From assembly GCA_000091205.1 (NCBI GenBank), contig AP006502.2: a stretch of 64,000 bases of DNA; one strand, given 5' to 3'. This document shows, one piece after another, positions 43,772 through 54,314 of this stretch (its first letter is position 1; each line of letters starts with the position of its first letter). This stretch comes from Cyanidioschyzon merolae (lineage: Eukaryota). A program made the position numbers and the translations under genes. The notes under the pieces are model-generated. The model was not told the origin of the DNA. It saw only the letters and a list, made by a program, of their open reading frames with translations, and made no database searches.

Positions 43772-45799
43772 ATGTCTTCCAGCAACACTGGGGTTCGTGT
43801 GCCCGCAGCCGCAAGTGACGTAGAAAGCACGGACACCGGCTATGAGCAGGATGAGGAGCAACTACCGAACCAGCAAGATAGTGAAGCAACGGATCCGGAA
43901 GTTCAGTTTGATGGCGGTACCGATTGGCTGAACTCTTCAGAGGCGGAACCAGTGGAGCTGTCGCGAGCGTATTCTGCTCCAGAGCCGCTGGATGAAGGGC
44001 CCAAACCGAACTTACTGGATATTTCATCTGCGTGGGGTCAAGACTTTGTAGAGCGAGCTGATTCCGAGCTCGAGAGCTACGCCGAGGAGCACCCAGGCCC
44101 TGAAGAACACGGAGCGTCGCAGCAAGAGAGACAACGTTCCAGGTCGTATCTGAGAGCGCTACGAGCGAAGATGGACCGTACCTGGCGTGCAGACTGGACA
44201 CATCGCCTGGGACGCACACTTGACGGCACGGTGGACAGAGCCCGGCCCTACTGGCGCCACCTACGAAGCTCGAGCGGCCTTCGACGTCGGGTGCTTTCTC
44301 GTTCGCCGTCGATGCTCCTTCAGAACCTGAACCACAGCCGCAAAATCATCGCTCGCAAGTCCGTGGAAGCAGCTTCTGAAGCTGCCGAGTTTATATCGTC
44401 ACCAACGCTACTATTCCGACCTGCCAAGATGGCGTTCGCTATTGCGTTCCCTCTGCTCATACCGCTGTTAATCACCCCGTGGCGGATTCTGTTGATCCTC
44501 TTCGTTTTTTACGCCGTCTGGTATCTTGTGGTCGCCGCGATTTTCGCAACAGAGGTGATGATGCGCCCGCCCTGGTACCGAGTTGGACTAGGTGGGCAAC
44601 TGCCGATGGTGGAGATCCCTCCGTACTGGCGCGGCGTTTGCCACAATCCGAAGCAGGATCTCCAGTTGGACTACGTTTCGGTTTCGTTTGAGTCTTTGCA
44701 TCCGCCTCGGCGGACACTGCGCGGCTGGTATATCCCCGCGGAAAGCACTGGAATGACTTTCGAGTCTGGGTCCGAACAGTCAGCCCCTGAAACGGGTGCA
44801 GCAAAACCCAGCGAGGCGAGCAGCGCAGACGCACCGAATCCACATGCAACAACACCGTCTGGTGAGCACGCGACGACGAGTCGCAGCCGAGGCACAACTT
44901 CGACGGGTCGGACCTGTGTAGTCTGTGTGCACGGGGCAGGTCGAGATCGCCGAAACTTCCTGCGCCACGCTGGCGCACTCCACCGCCACGGTTATGATGT
45001 GTTGCTGTTCGACCTCAGCGAGCATGGTCTCAGTGACGGGTCTGGTCGAGGAACCACTTTTGGTGCTCGAGAAAAATATGATGTGCTGGCGGCTATAGCG
45101 TATGCCTACAATGCCCTGCAAGCGGAGCGAATCGTTCTTCTGGGGACTTCAGCGGGAGCCTCTTCCTGCCTGCTCGCAGCAGCTGAATGGATCCGTTTGC
45201 ATCGATTCCTGAAACTGCAAATCGTCGGGCAGCGGCACGAATCATCGCAAGCGCTTAGTGAACAGCATTCTCTTGATTTCCCGGTACAGTGCATCATTGC
45301 AGAGAACCCGCTGGCCCGACCTGACGAACTCTTTATCTTCCATCTGGAGCGCCTCTCGCTCAACTACCTGCCAAAAGATTCGTATCATCTTGCGCGGAAG
45401 ACACTCTTCTGGTTTGCAAGCAGAGTGCTGCTGTTTCGTCTCGCATGGGTAGACCGCGAACCGAGCGCCGTACCAGGGTCTCATTTGCGCCGGCTCTGGG
45501 TAGTGATCAGCACCCTCAGTCGAGTGCTCGGAGGACGGACGCGCTGCGGCGCAGTCGACGTCATGACCGACATTCATTGTCCGTTGTTCGTTTTGCACGG
45601 CACCGGTGATGAAATCGTGCCCGTCGACCATGGCATGCGCATCTTCGCAGCGGCTAACGAGCCCCGTCAGCTGTGGCTCGCTCCGGACGCGGCACACTGT
45701 GCCCTGTTCGATCAGTATCCAACTGAGTGGGAAAATCGGGTTGTGGATTTTATCGAAAAGAGCCTGAGCGAAGAGTCGAATGCGAAATCAAGATCCTGA
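43772..45799 (+). CDS. Alpha/beta-hydrolase fold protein with long N-terminal region containing hydrophobic helices
   Basis: 'CVVCVHGAGRDRRNF...HGYDVLLFDLSEHGLSDG' is oxyanion-hole/HG-like. 'LLGTSAGASSCLLAAAE' is a nucleophile-elbow-like GxSxG variant. 'LHGTGDEIVPVDHG' is the Asp/His region. Start placed at first ATG, because the track start is GTG. Confidence 0.6.
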   Translation: MSSSNTGVRVPAAASDVESTDTGYEQDEEQLPNQQDSEATDPEVQFDGGTDWLNSSEAEPVELSRAYSAPEPLDEGPKPNLLDISSAWGQDFVERADSELESYAEEHPGPEEHGASQQERQRSRSYLRALRAKMDRTWRADWTHRLGRTLDGTVDRARPYWRHLRSSSGLRRRVLSRSPSMLLQNLNHSRKIIARKSVEAASEAAEFISSPTLLFRPAKMAFAIAFPLLIPLLITPWRILLILFVFYAVWYLVVAAIFATEVMMRPPWYRVGLGGQLPMVEIPPYWRGVCHNPKQDLQLDYVSVSFESLHPPRRTLRGWYIPAESTGMTFESGSEQSAPETGAAKPSEASSADAPNPHATTPSGEHATTSRSRGTTSTGRTCVVCVHGAGRDRRNFLRHAGALHRHGYDVLLFDLSEHGLSDGSGRGTTFGAREKYDVLAAIAYAYNALQAERIVLLGTSAGASSCLLAAAEWIRLHRFLKLQIVGQRHESSQALSEQHSLDFPVQCIIAENPLARPDELFIFHLERLSLNYLPKDSYHLARKTLFWFASRVLLFRLAWVDREPSAVPGSHLRRLWVVISTLSRVLGGRTRCGAVDVMTDIHCPLFVLHGTGDEIVPVDHGMRIFAAANEPRQLWLAPDAAHCALFDQYPTEWENRVVDFIEKSLSEESNAKSRS

Positions 45800-47539
45800 T
45801 TCGGCCCTATGCAGTGCAATTGCTTGACAAATGCGAACGCTTCAGCTGAGCGAAGGACGCTTGCACCCGGCAGATACGCAAGGGCCGCACCACAGACCCC
45901 GGCAAGCGCCTCGTGCCGCAGGCCCGTGCTGCGACACCGACGAGGTACTGGGAATCTTTCGAAAAGGCTCGTGCGTGACGAGCTATGCGACGCTGTACCG
46001 TTCTGAACAGAGGGCAGCACGAATCCAGGGATATTGGCGGGAATGCCGCGTTTTGTGCACGTGCAAGCCGTCATGCTTGCGTGCACTCGCACAGAGACAA
46101 CACCATTGATCATCGACGTTGTCGTCGGTGGTCGCTTCCGGTCACATCAATAGAATCCACTCGAATTTCAATACGCTTGAATGCTTCGTGGTCCGGAATC
46201 GCTCCGACATTGTCGCCGAGAACCTCGTACACCAGGAATCAGAGCCGAAGCTTGTCAGTCGACTCACGAAGCAACGAATTAGTTTCCCGCTTGGCGATGA
46301 TCGTGGACAATATTCCAGAGTGCAGCGCGTTGCTGGGGCAGCTCTTAACAAACAAAGCACATCCAGCAAAGCTACTTGAGCGGATGCAGCACAATTCTCG
46401 GGTCCGATGCAGCGCCCGGAGCATGCACCACCGTCCACGGGCAGGCACCTGTTAACACTATCGCCCAGAGCCTGCATGCACTTCACAGGCGCTTTGCCGG
46501 TTTCCACGAGTCGAAGCTCATGCAATGCCAGGCATCAGGAGTACGTGGTGGCGACAACAGCTGCCTTGCGTCCCATTCGCCAGGGTCGTATCAGGGGCTG
46601 TGGCCGACGCTTCGTTCCAGCGCCTGGGCTCGTGTGCCATCTGCTGCCACAGCTGAGCTGTCGTGCGTGTGCTCAGAGTCACTGGGCACGATGCTTAGAT
46701 GTAGACAACGATACATTTGGTTCCGCACATCCACACAGTCGCACTGCGTTTCCCAAAGCGGATGACGCACATCCATGCCACTGGTCGCAGTCTGCGCACG
46801 AACAGAACAATCAGTAGTTATGGTGCCGGTGCCAGCGTCCGCAACCTGATGTCTATCACACGTACGGCTTGTTGTAGGCAGTGCAGGCATGTTGCCACAT
46901 GAGGATTCGTACCCGTTTCTTGGATGGGCAGAAAGCGAGCGTGAACGGGGCATCCCCGAATGCACGTCTGGGATCAACGACCGGGAAATCGTCCAGCATT
47001 CCGCGCACTATCTACCTCGAACTTCCACTACCCGTACTTGCCCTCGAAGATACTGGTCATTTCGTATGTTTCATCGTTCGTCGAGTCTACCTTGAGCGTC
47101 CGTCATAGCGTCAATGCGAACGCAGCTCGGAAACCGACCGGTTTTGCTTGCATCCGCGGGAGAGCGCACTATCGTCGCCAACGGTGTGCGAAGTTGCCTC
47201 GCGACTATTTCACTACCGCGGACAAGCACTTCATTCGACACGAAAGTGTAGACATTCTGTGGATCATGGCGACTGCTGCGGGTCGCTTCATGCGGTCGCA
47301 TGTGCTACTAGCTCCGTTTGGCGCACCGGAGCTCCAGGGCATCGGGTGTGAGAATCTGTGCAAGTTCGCATAAAGAGTTGGAACGTATTGCCACAGCGTG
47401 CTGTAGAATTTGCGACTACAGCGGTTCCGGCTTCGTGAGGCATTCCAGAAGCTGCTCGTGCCGCACGAACGCGATGTCAGCGTTATCGCTTCTAGCGCAG
47501 AGCACCTGCGACTACCACGCACGGAACCGAACTCCAGGT

Positions 47540-48046
47540 TCAGTAGAAACAACAGTTACAGTCAAAGGGACACGGACCGTTCAGACCTTCCGGTTGATCC
47601 GTGGCCAGCTCCTCCAGGCTAAAGACTCGATAGCCTTCCTCGGTTCGCGCTGATCGCGTTCGTGAAACTGGCGATGCTGCGTCCACACGCGAGTGTCTCC
47701 TGGGCAGCTGCTTCGTATCCTGCTTCGTCAGCGTTCTTTGGACTCCGATACGACCATCTTTCTTGGGAGTGTTGCCGAAGCGACGGAGGCTCCGTTCCGG
47801 CTTTCGATTGCCTTGGCTGCTTCGCGAACGTTGAGCAGCCGCGTTTCGCGTCAACTTTTTTGATGACTCGCGAGCGCGTTCGAACAATTCATCGAGCTGT
47901 TGTTGATCCTCTTGTGGTGGCCTGGAAACTGCAGGAGCTAGCCCCTGCTTCATCACAGCAAGCTTGGTGCGGGATCCGAACGTAGAAGCGCCCCAAACGA
48001 AAACAACGATACAGCAGTGACGGCGACTACAACCGTTGTACGGCAA
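47540..48046 (-). CDS. Hypothetical basic protein with C-terminal Cys cluster (GPCPFDCNCCFY)
   Basis: ORF only. Lys/Arg-rich middle. No family recognised and start uncertain. Confidence 0.3.
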   Translation of the reverse strand: MPYNGCSRRHCCIVVFVWGASTFGSRTKLAVMKQGLAPAVSRPPQEDQQQLDELFERARESSKKLTRNAAAQRSRSSQGNRKPERSLRRFGNTPKKDGRIGVQRTLTKQDTKQLPRRHSRVDAASPVSRTRSARTEEGYRVFSLEELATDQPEGLNGPCPFDCNCCFY

Positions 48047-48547
48047 GGCGCCAGGCTTAGCGTAGCGCGTTGCAAGCCGACGACAGCATTGTACGACGTT
48101 ACGACAAGCTGATCATCAATGCCCACAAGGAACACGTTGCTCTGGACTCTATTGTATTGGAATTAGGCTCGTGCTGGATATCGCGTATGAAAAGCGCGGG
48201 TTCAGGGGAGCTTCGATGCGCAGCAGTTTCCGTCTTTGCTGTACAGATCCCCTGGAGAAAAAACTTGTTCAACGCTGGTACATGCGACCTCCTTTTGCTA
48301 ACGCGGCGTTCTGCTTTACCCATTCTTACAGTTCAGCATGTTCCTGTACCAGAGTTCCAGCTTGCAATCGACCGCGCAACGTGGGTCGGCTGCTTCATCC
48401 CAATAACGATGCAGAACACGCGGTACTTGCGAATGCTGCAACGCGCTAACCCTCACGTTCCTGTCATAGATGCGTATGCGCTGCTGGTGGCACCGCAGTA
48501 CGGCGTCTCGTCCAGGTCATGAAGTGAATGTGCAGAAGAAATGGCGC

Positions 48548-49390
48548 TCATACTTTCTCGTACACGAGCAGGAACTTGTCACCCTGAACACGCGATACAC
48601 GACGGCCCTCGTCGGTCCAGTCCCGCACCGCAGCGGCATAGGGATCGTTCTTGAAGAACTGAATGGAGGCTTCGTCCGAGTCCTCTATCGGCTTCGATTC
48701 CGGAACCCGGTTTGGGTTATATCGGCTTTTGCCGTGACGCTCGATTAAGCGGCATTTACGCACGAAAAGTGCACTCTCTTCGAAGCGATCATGCATCCAT
48801 TCATAGAGCGCTTCTACGTCAGTAGAGGTATAGATGCGGCCGCCTCTTCGAAGCAAGTACGCATAGAGCGGCAACAAGGTCCTGGAGATGATTCGTTGGC
48901 GGTGCTTTTTCCGTTTAAAGTGTGGATCAGGATACGCAAAAATAAGCGCGTCCAAACTTGCACGTTCGATGTAGTTCCAAAGATATCGCTGTGCGTTTGT
49001 ATGCAGAAACGCAACGCGTCGATACGCTCCACAAGTGGAACGAAGCTCGAGCAGCTTCTGGTGTGCCTGTTGCCATACCGCAGTGCGAATCTCGAGGCCG
49101 AGCACGCAACAGTCCGGGGCAACACGCGTCGCTAGGTATAGTAACAGTCCTCCGTATCCGCTTCCGATGTCAACAACACGAACCTTGGGACTCGCTACTC
49201 CCGGAAAGACGCCAGTCCAGGTTACAAGTTTCGGACTCAGCGGAACTGCAAAGCCGCCAATAGCTAGCGGGTTTCGATGCGCTCGCGCCACGTACCCTGA
49301 ACGCTTGCTCGTCACGAAACGAATCTCAGCTTCGTCTCCAGAGCTTTGAACCACGTCTACCTGGCTGTGCTCGAGACCTGTTTCGGACAT
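48548..49390 (-). CDS. tRNA (guanine-N7)-methyltransferase (TrmB/Trm8 family)
   Basis: 'VVDIGSGYGGLLLYLA' is the SAM-binding region. 'FAYPDPHFKRKKHRQRIISRTLLPLYAYLLRRGGRIYTSTDV' is the TrmB signature. Start moved to first ATG at 49388-49390, because the track start is TTG. Confidence 0.75.
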   Translation of the reverse strand: MSETGLEHSQVDVVQSSGDEAEIRFVTSKRSGYVARAHRNPLAIGGFAVPLSPKLVTWTGVFPGVASPKVRVVDIGSGYGGLLLYLATRVAPDCCVLGLEIRTAVWQQAHQKLLELRSTCGAYRRVAFLHTNAQRYLWNYIERASLDALIFAYPDPHFKRKKHRQRIISRTLLPLYAYLLRRGGRIYTSTDVEALYEWMHDRFEESALFVRKCRLIERHGKSRYNPNRVPESKPIEDSDEASIQFFKNDPYAAAVRDWTDEGRRVSRVQGDKFLLVYEKV

Positions 49391-49971
49391 GGCGCAAGTG
49401 CACAGCGCACTGCGTCGCCGCTGGTGACAAACGCACCAGCTGGGTGTATGTCCAGGAGACGTTGCCAGCGTCTCAACTGGTGGTTTCGAGTGTGGTATGC
49501 GATCAGCGAAAACGAACAAACGTTACACTCGGATGCGCAACGCGTTCCGAGAAGCCGAAAGAGACCTCAGTCGCTCCGGATACGATTCTGGATAAAGAAA
49601 ATCTCAGAGCACGATTGCTCAGGAGAATACGGAAATGTCGGAATAAGAAATGGAACCGGTTCTCCAACATAGCATGACACACGCTTATTATTGGGTCGCT
49701 TTCCGTTGTTTTCAACGCAACGCTTTACAGGATGATTGCATGTACGCTTCGTTTTGCGACCTCTTATACCCTGTTTCAAATACACTGGAGTCTCCTTTGT
49801 CTCCAGCGCCGATGTCAGCAGGCGAGGCATGTTGAAGGCTGCGTTATCGCCCCCATTTGCGAGCACTGAGCTCTTGGCAACGGGGTTCATACACAGACGG
49901 TAGTTACGATCGACGCCTCGATTAGCATTTTCATCTCGTTTGTACACAGCCGCAATACGCTATTCGCAACG

Positions 49972-50547
49972 GTGACACTCAACTGCGGTCAGGTGTTCCG
50001 CGATGCGTCCACCATGCATACTCCTACGAGAGTCGCCCTAGTGCGCGTGAATGCTTGCCTCAACGCTCGGTGCATGCCCTTGACTGTACGAGGAGGCTGC
50101 TCTCGATGGCTTTTTTCCATTGGCGGGCTGTGTGCCGTACCCTACAATCAGGGGCTACTTTCAGGCGATACCCTCGACGAGTACTGTGTCCGCTGCACGC
50201 GCAAACGCATGCTGCTCTATTCGATAGGGGATTGGTGGTGGAACGCGATGGTGTCCATGATGAGACAAATACCAGATGGAAAATTCTAGGTTGGTGATCA
50301 AGTCGTGAAACTTTGATCCGTGTAGGCTCTTTTCATGCAAAGCGATGACGCAAATTGCTCTGGAGGCGGTCGTTGCAATGAATCAATTCCGAGTCCGAGT
50401 CTTTTTTCCATGGAAATGAAAGAGACGAGAGCCCCCGGGGAGCATGCCCCATTAAGAATATATAATGGTGGTGGAGAATCCTTTTTTATGGATGCACACA
50501 CAGAGAGAAAGATTCGTCGTTCCTACGAAACAGATAACTTGACTTGA
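49972..50547 (+). pseudogene. ORFan paralog family member C, disrupted. N-terminal piece 49972-50289 and C-terminal piece 50335-50547 are in different frames with about 40 aa missing; no ATG at family start
   Basis: 'GQVF', 'DEYCVRCTRKRMLLYSIGDWWWNAMVSMM', C-terminal 'KIRRSYETDNL' parallel members A and B. The conserved 3'-UTR element is present at 50571-50592. Confidence 0.4.
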
Positions 50548-51962
50548 CGAGTTCAACGATCTTGAGGCACGAGCTTGTGAACAAGCCCTCAAGGGACGAC
50601 ATCTAGTTTTTGTCCTCGTTAATCTAGTGGCGCAAGTGCTGCGTCAAGGGCCTGTTTTGAAATAGACGCATTGAAAAATTGAAGGACGCGTGACCTGAGC
50701 ATCCTACACGTACGTTTATATGAAAAGCGGAGTCTTGTACTTGCGGGTAATGTGACGATATCGCTTATTTTGCGAGTCCTGGTGCAAGGGCGTCGCTTAT
50801 GATCTTGACTCCCGTCCTATGACGAATTCCATCGGCACGGTGTCGAAAAAGTCGCACCGAAAATACAACCAAGAATCTCAAAACTCCCTATGAATCGATA
50901 AACCCTATTCTCTATCGTCTGAATGCCCAAGCTATACATCTAAGAAAAAGGTTTGGAAAACATCGAAAACCGGAATTAGAGCAAGCAGTTCCGTGCTCTG
51001 TTTTCATCTAAAAGGAATGTAGACGCTAAAGGTAAACATCATAACGCGTGTACCCAATTTTTGACGCAACACATTCCTGTTGTTGCATCCGAGCCCACTT
51101 GTCGTTTACTGTCGCCAAATGGAACAGATGCTGAACGCTTCAAACGCTCGCGAGAAACCATACCCCCGGTCGTGGGCTATCACAGATGCGGCTACGACCC
51201 GATTTCAACATATGCCCAAAAACGTACTGCTTCCAAAAGACTGTCCAACTGGATGAGGTTTCGAAAGGTTTTGTGGCATCTCGAAGAACTCGAAGAGTCG
51301 CGCACGTGCCAACTACTTTTTGTTCTCCACTGTAGTCGCTAGTGCGACTCCACCAGATATTCTTGTTGCATGCATGCATGCATGCGAGATTAGTCCAAAG
51401 TTCAAGCGCGCGTTGCGCTTTTCACGATGCCAATACGATAGCACAGAGATCGCATCCAAAGACAGATTCATATCAAAGGGTTGGAGAATTCTTCATATAC
51501 CGTTTCATAAACGTTCGTCACACATGCAAACTAACAAAGCGCAAAAACTCGACATGATACGATTTTTTACAAAGTACAACACTTGGATCCAGTCGCACTT
51601 CTCGCTACCAAGCACAAATTGCGATCGGATATATCTTTTCAAGAACTGCATTTTATGGGCGCATCATGTCCAGATCGTCTACGGGTTCGAGTCGCCTCGA
51701 AATGCCACCAGCGCTGACCACTATGCGGTACAGCTCATGAGGCTCAGGTCGCGGGGTGCGCTACATATGCAGCCATTCCCTGAATGGATGGTTCGAGGTA
51801 CGAATCCGGATGTTCCCGTTCGTACAAAGGTAGCCCTGGCAGCGTTCAGGGTGTGTCTCCTAGGAGCCTGCTGCCACATTGGGCGACTTAATCACTGCCT
51901 AACTCGCATGGGTAGTTGCACCGACGATCTTGTCGAAAAGCATCAGCGTCATTCCATGCAAC

Positions 51963-53504
51963 CTAATCATCCATGGTTGGTGAAAACGGAAGCGGCTCGA
52001 TCATCACCTCATCGTGCGCGGTTGCACCAGACAGGGTGTTCATATTTTCGAGGAACGCTCGGCGCATATCATTGACCTTTTCGTGCTCATCCGCAATCAC
52101 ATGTTCGTACTGAAGCATCGAGGGACTCGTCACCGAGCTTTCACTCCAACAATCCGGAGCGATGCCCGCAGAGCGCAAAAAGGTCTGGCGCTCGCGGTCC
52201 GCGCGGGCACGCTCTAAACGAACCACACTGATCGTATCCGCTAACAACTGCGAGGGACTCTGCTCTCCGTGGATCGCCGCCTGGAGTACAAGGTCACGTA
52301 CTGCCACGTATTCGGCTTCAAGAACGAGGAGCCGCCATTCTAACGCGTCGTACACGAGTAGCTGAGCAGCTCGCATGCTCCATCGCACACCACCCAGAAG
52401 ATCACGTATTTCAAGCTCCGTTCGTCGCGGAAATTCCTCCAGGGAGAACACAGCAGTGTACGCTGCGACTGCTAGGACCTGCTCCCACTGCTGAGCCCTT
52501 GGCTCATTGCAGGCCCGCATTGGTTTGCCCGTCGACACATCTATCGGCCGAAATAGAGGTCGTTCAAAGTCGCTGGGTGCAAGCCCAAAAGTCATCGACG
52601 GTTCGTGAGCCTTAGAGGCGATCTCGCTGCGCCTCTCGCGGAGCACTTCCTGTTCAGTCGATCCGGCGTTCTCCGCGGCACCGCGGAGCGGGTGTTTCGC
52701 ATTTAAAGCGATGTAGCGAACGAGATAGATGAGCATGAGGAGCAGCTCGTCAGCATTCAAGGCCAAATAGTCGGAAACGAGTTCCAGCCATTTGCTTACC
52801 GTGGCAAGAGGATGATCGGTAAACGGAGTCACCAGCGTCGAGATCAGATACTGAAGAAAGGCTCGTGTTTCCCGGTTCGATTGAACCAACGCGATTCCTC
52901 GTTCGATCGGGTTCACATACATTGTGTCGGTTCTTGACTTGAGAAGTTCTAATATACCCGGCGGGCAGAATTCTTCAAGTGCTGATGACCAACGATCCTG
53001 TTCCGACACGACTCTCCCGAGCGACGCAGAGGCACCAGTCAGCAAGTTAAGCAGCTCCGCAATGGGCAGGTCGTTTCGGGCCCGTGGCGGCATGCCACGA
53101 GGCACACTTCGCTCTGGAGTGAACCAGCGCGGCCTTCCATATCGTGCAAACTCGCTTACAAGTGCAACAACTTCCGGATTGTGGAGAAGCTCCTGTTCCG
53201 AAGAGCGTACCGCTAAACCAGCGGCAGGCTCGCTGCCCGCAGCTTCGCGACGCTTCGCCTTGCGTTCGGCTTGCTTTGGCAACGCCGTCTCTGAGTACTC
53301 CACTGGAGCGCGCGATACGACTCGTTCTGAACGACGTCGACTGGTACGAGGCTGTTCCCCAAAGCCCGAAAGACTCGCTTCGTTTTGCACTAGAGGGAGC
53401 GCTTGCCCTTCAGCTGTTACCGGCAAGTCTGGTACAACATGGTCCACGTTATGACCTGCGCTTTGTCCAGACCCCAGAATGTCGGCTCCACGCTCCAAGT
53501 TCAT
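51963..53504 (-). CDS. Hypothetical protein (about 513 aa)
   Basis: Long ORF. Start at first ATG, because the track start is GTG. No family recognised. Confidence 0.4.
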   Translation of the reverse strand: MNLERGADILGSGQSAGHNVDHVVPDLPVTAEGQALPLVQNEASLSGFGEQPRTSRRRSERVVSRAPVEYSETALPKQAERKAKRREAAGSEPAAGLAVRSSEQELLHNPEVVALVSEFARYGRPRWFTPERSVPRGMPPRARNDLPIAELLNLLTGASASLGRVVSEQDRWSSALEEFCPPGILELLKSRTDTMYVNPIERGIALVQSNRETRAFLQYLISTLVTPFTDHPLATVSKWLELVSDYLALNADELLLMLIYLVRYIALNAKHPLRGAAENAGSTEQEVLRERRSEIASKAHEPSMTFGLAPSDFERPLFRPIDVSTGKPMRACNEPRAQQWEQVLAVAAYTAVFSLEEFPRRTELEIRDLLGGVRWSMRAAQLLVYDALEWRLLVLEAEYVAVRDLVLQAAIHGEQSPSQLLADTISVVRLERARADRERQTFLRSAGIAPDCWSESSVTSPSMLQYEHVIADEHEKVNDMRRAFLENMNTLSGATAHDEVMIEPLPFSPTMDD

Positions 53505-53743
53505 AGCGAAGGGATGCACTTACTGCTCCATGAAATGCGCTGCTGGAGGATTCTCAGAATAGCATCCGCTAATGCCGTGGGCGAATACGGATGTAGACGA
53601 GCAGGCAGCTGCTGGGCGCACCGCTGGTGTTCGGTGTCGAACTCGGTGCGGGTGGCGTTTCATGCTGGACCGCTGGAAGCGACGAGCGTAGCCTCGGTAC
53701 CCAGTGAATAGCAGCTTCAACCAAGTTTCTATTGTCGTATAAG

Positions 53744-54314
53744 AAAATAATGGAACAGTGAACTGCTCGTTCTGGTCCTGTATTTCCATTTGTTTCCGAT
53801 CTTGTTCTTGATAAACAGTTCAACAACCGTACAAGTGCAGTCAGGGCTTTCAGAATCATAGGTCGTTTGAGGCTGGTCGGTTGTCTGTTCAGAGAGGCGC
53901 TTTCAACGCACTGACGCTGGGATTCCCTATACCACCGGTATCAGGATGACTCGCGCCACTGCTGAACAGGGGTTCGTAAGAAACCGGACACCATGATCGA
54001 AATCGAACGTGCAAGCCGCCAATCTTTTAATCTTCTTACGTGTGGCGTGCTTGGCTCACGCATGCTTCTAACTATCGATGTCTCCGTTTCGAAGCAACTC
54101 GTGAGCGCAACGAGCCACGTCAGTGACTGGACGACGAAAAAACTCGGCATCATTCTCTGACGACTCGATTGCAAGCTCACGCCGAAAGTTCACGGAAAGT
54201 TTCACGTCGAAGGATCGACTTCGCTCGGAGCAGAAATCCTCCTCGCTTTGTGGCCATCGATGAAACGGCATTCGACGGCACTAGCATCTCGATGCCTCTC
54301 AGGGGGTATGCTCC
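53744..54314 (+). repeat. ~570-bp dispersed direct repeat, copy A (about 97% identical to 62463-63024)
   Basis: Base-by-base comparison shows only a few single-nucleotide differences and one 1-nt indel. ORFs inside (53941-54180, 54068-54271, 54169-54396) are duplicated in copy B and likely spurious. Confidence 0.85.

Noticed and set aside
53900-54060. tRNA-like sequence inside the 570-bp repeat (ggggttcgtaagaaaccgg...acca)
   Set aside because: I could not fold it into a cloverleaf with a 7-bp acceptor stem and canonical T-loop (GTTCRANYC). Not supported.
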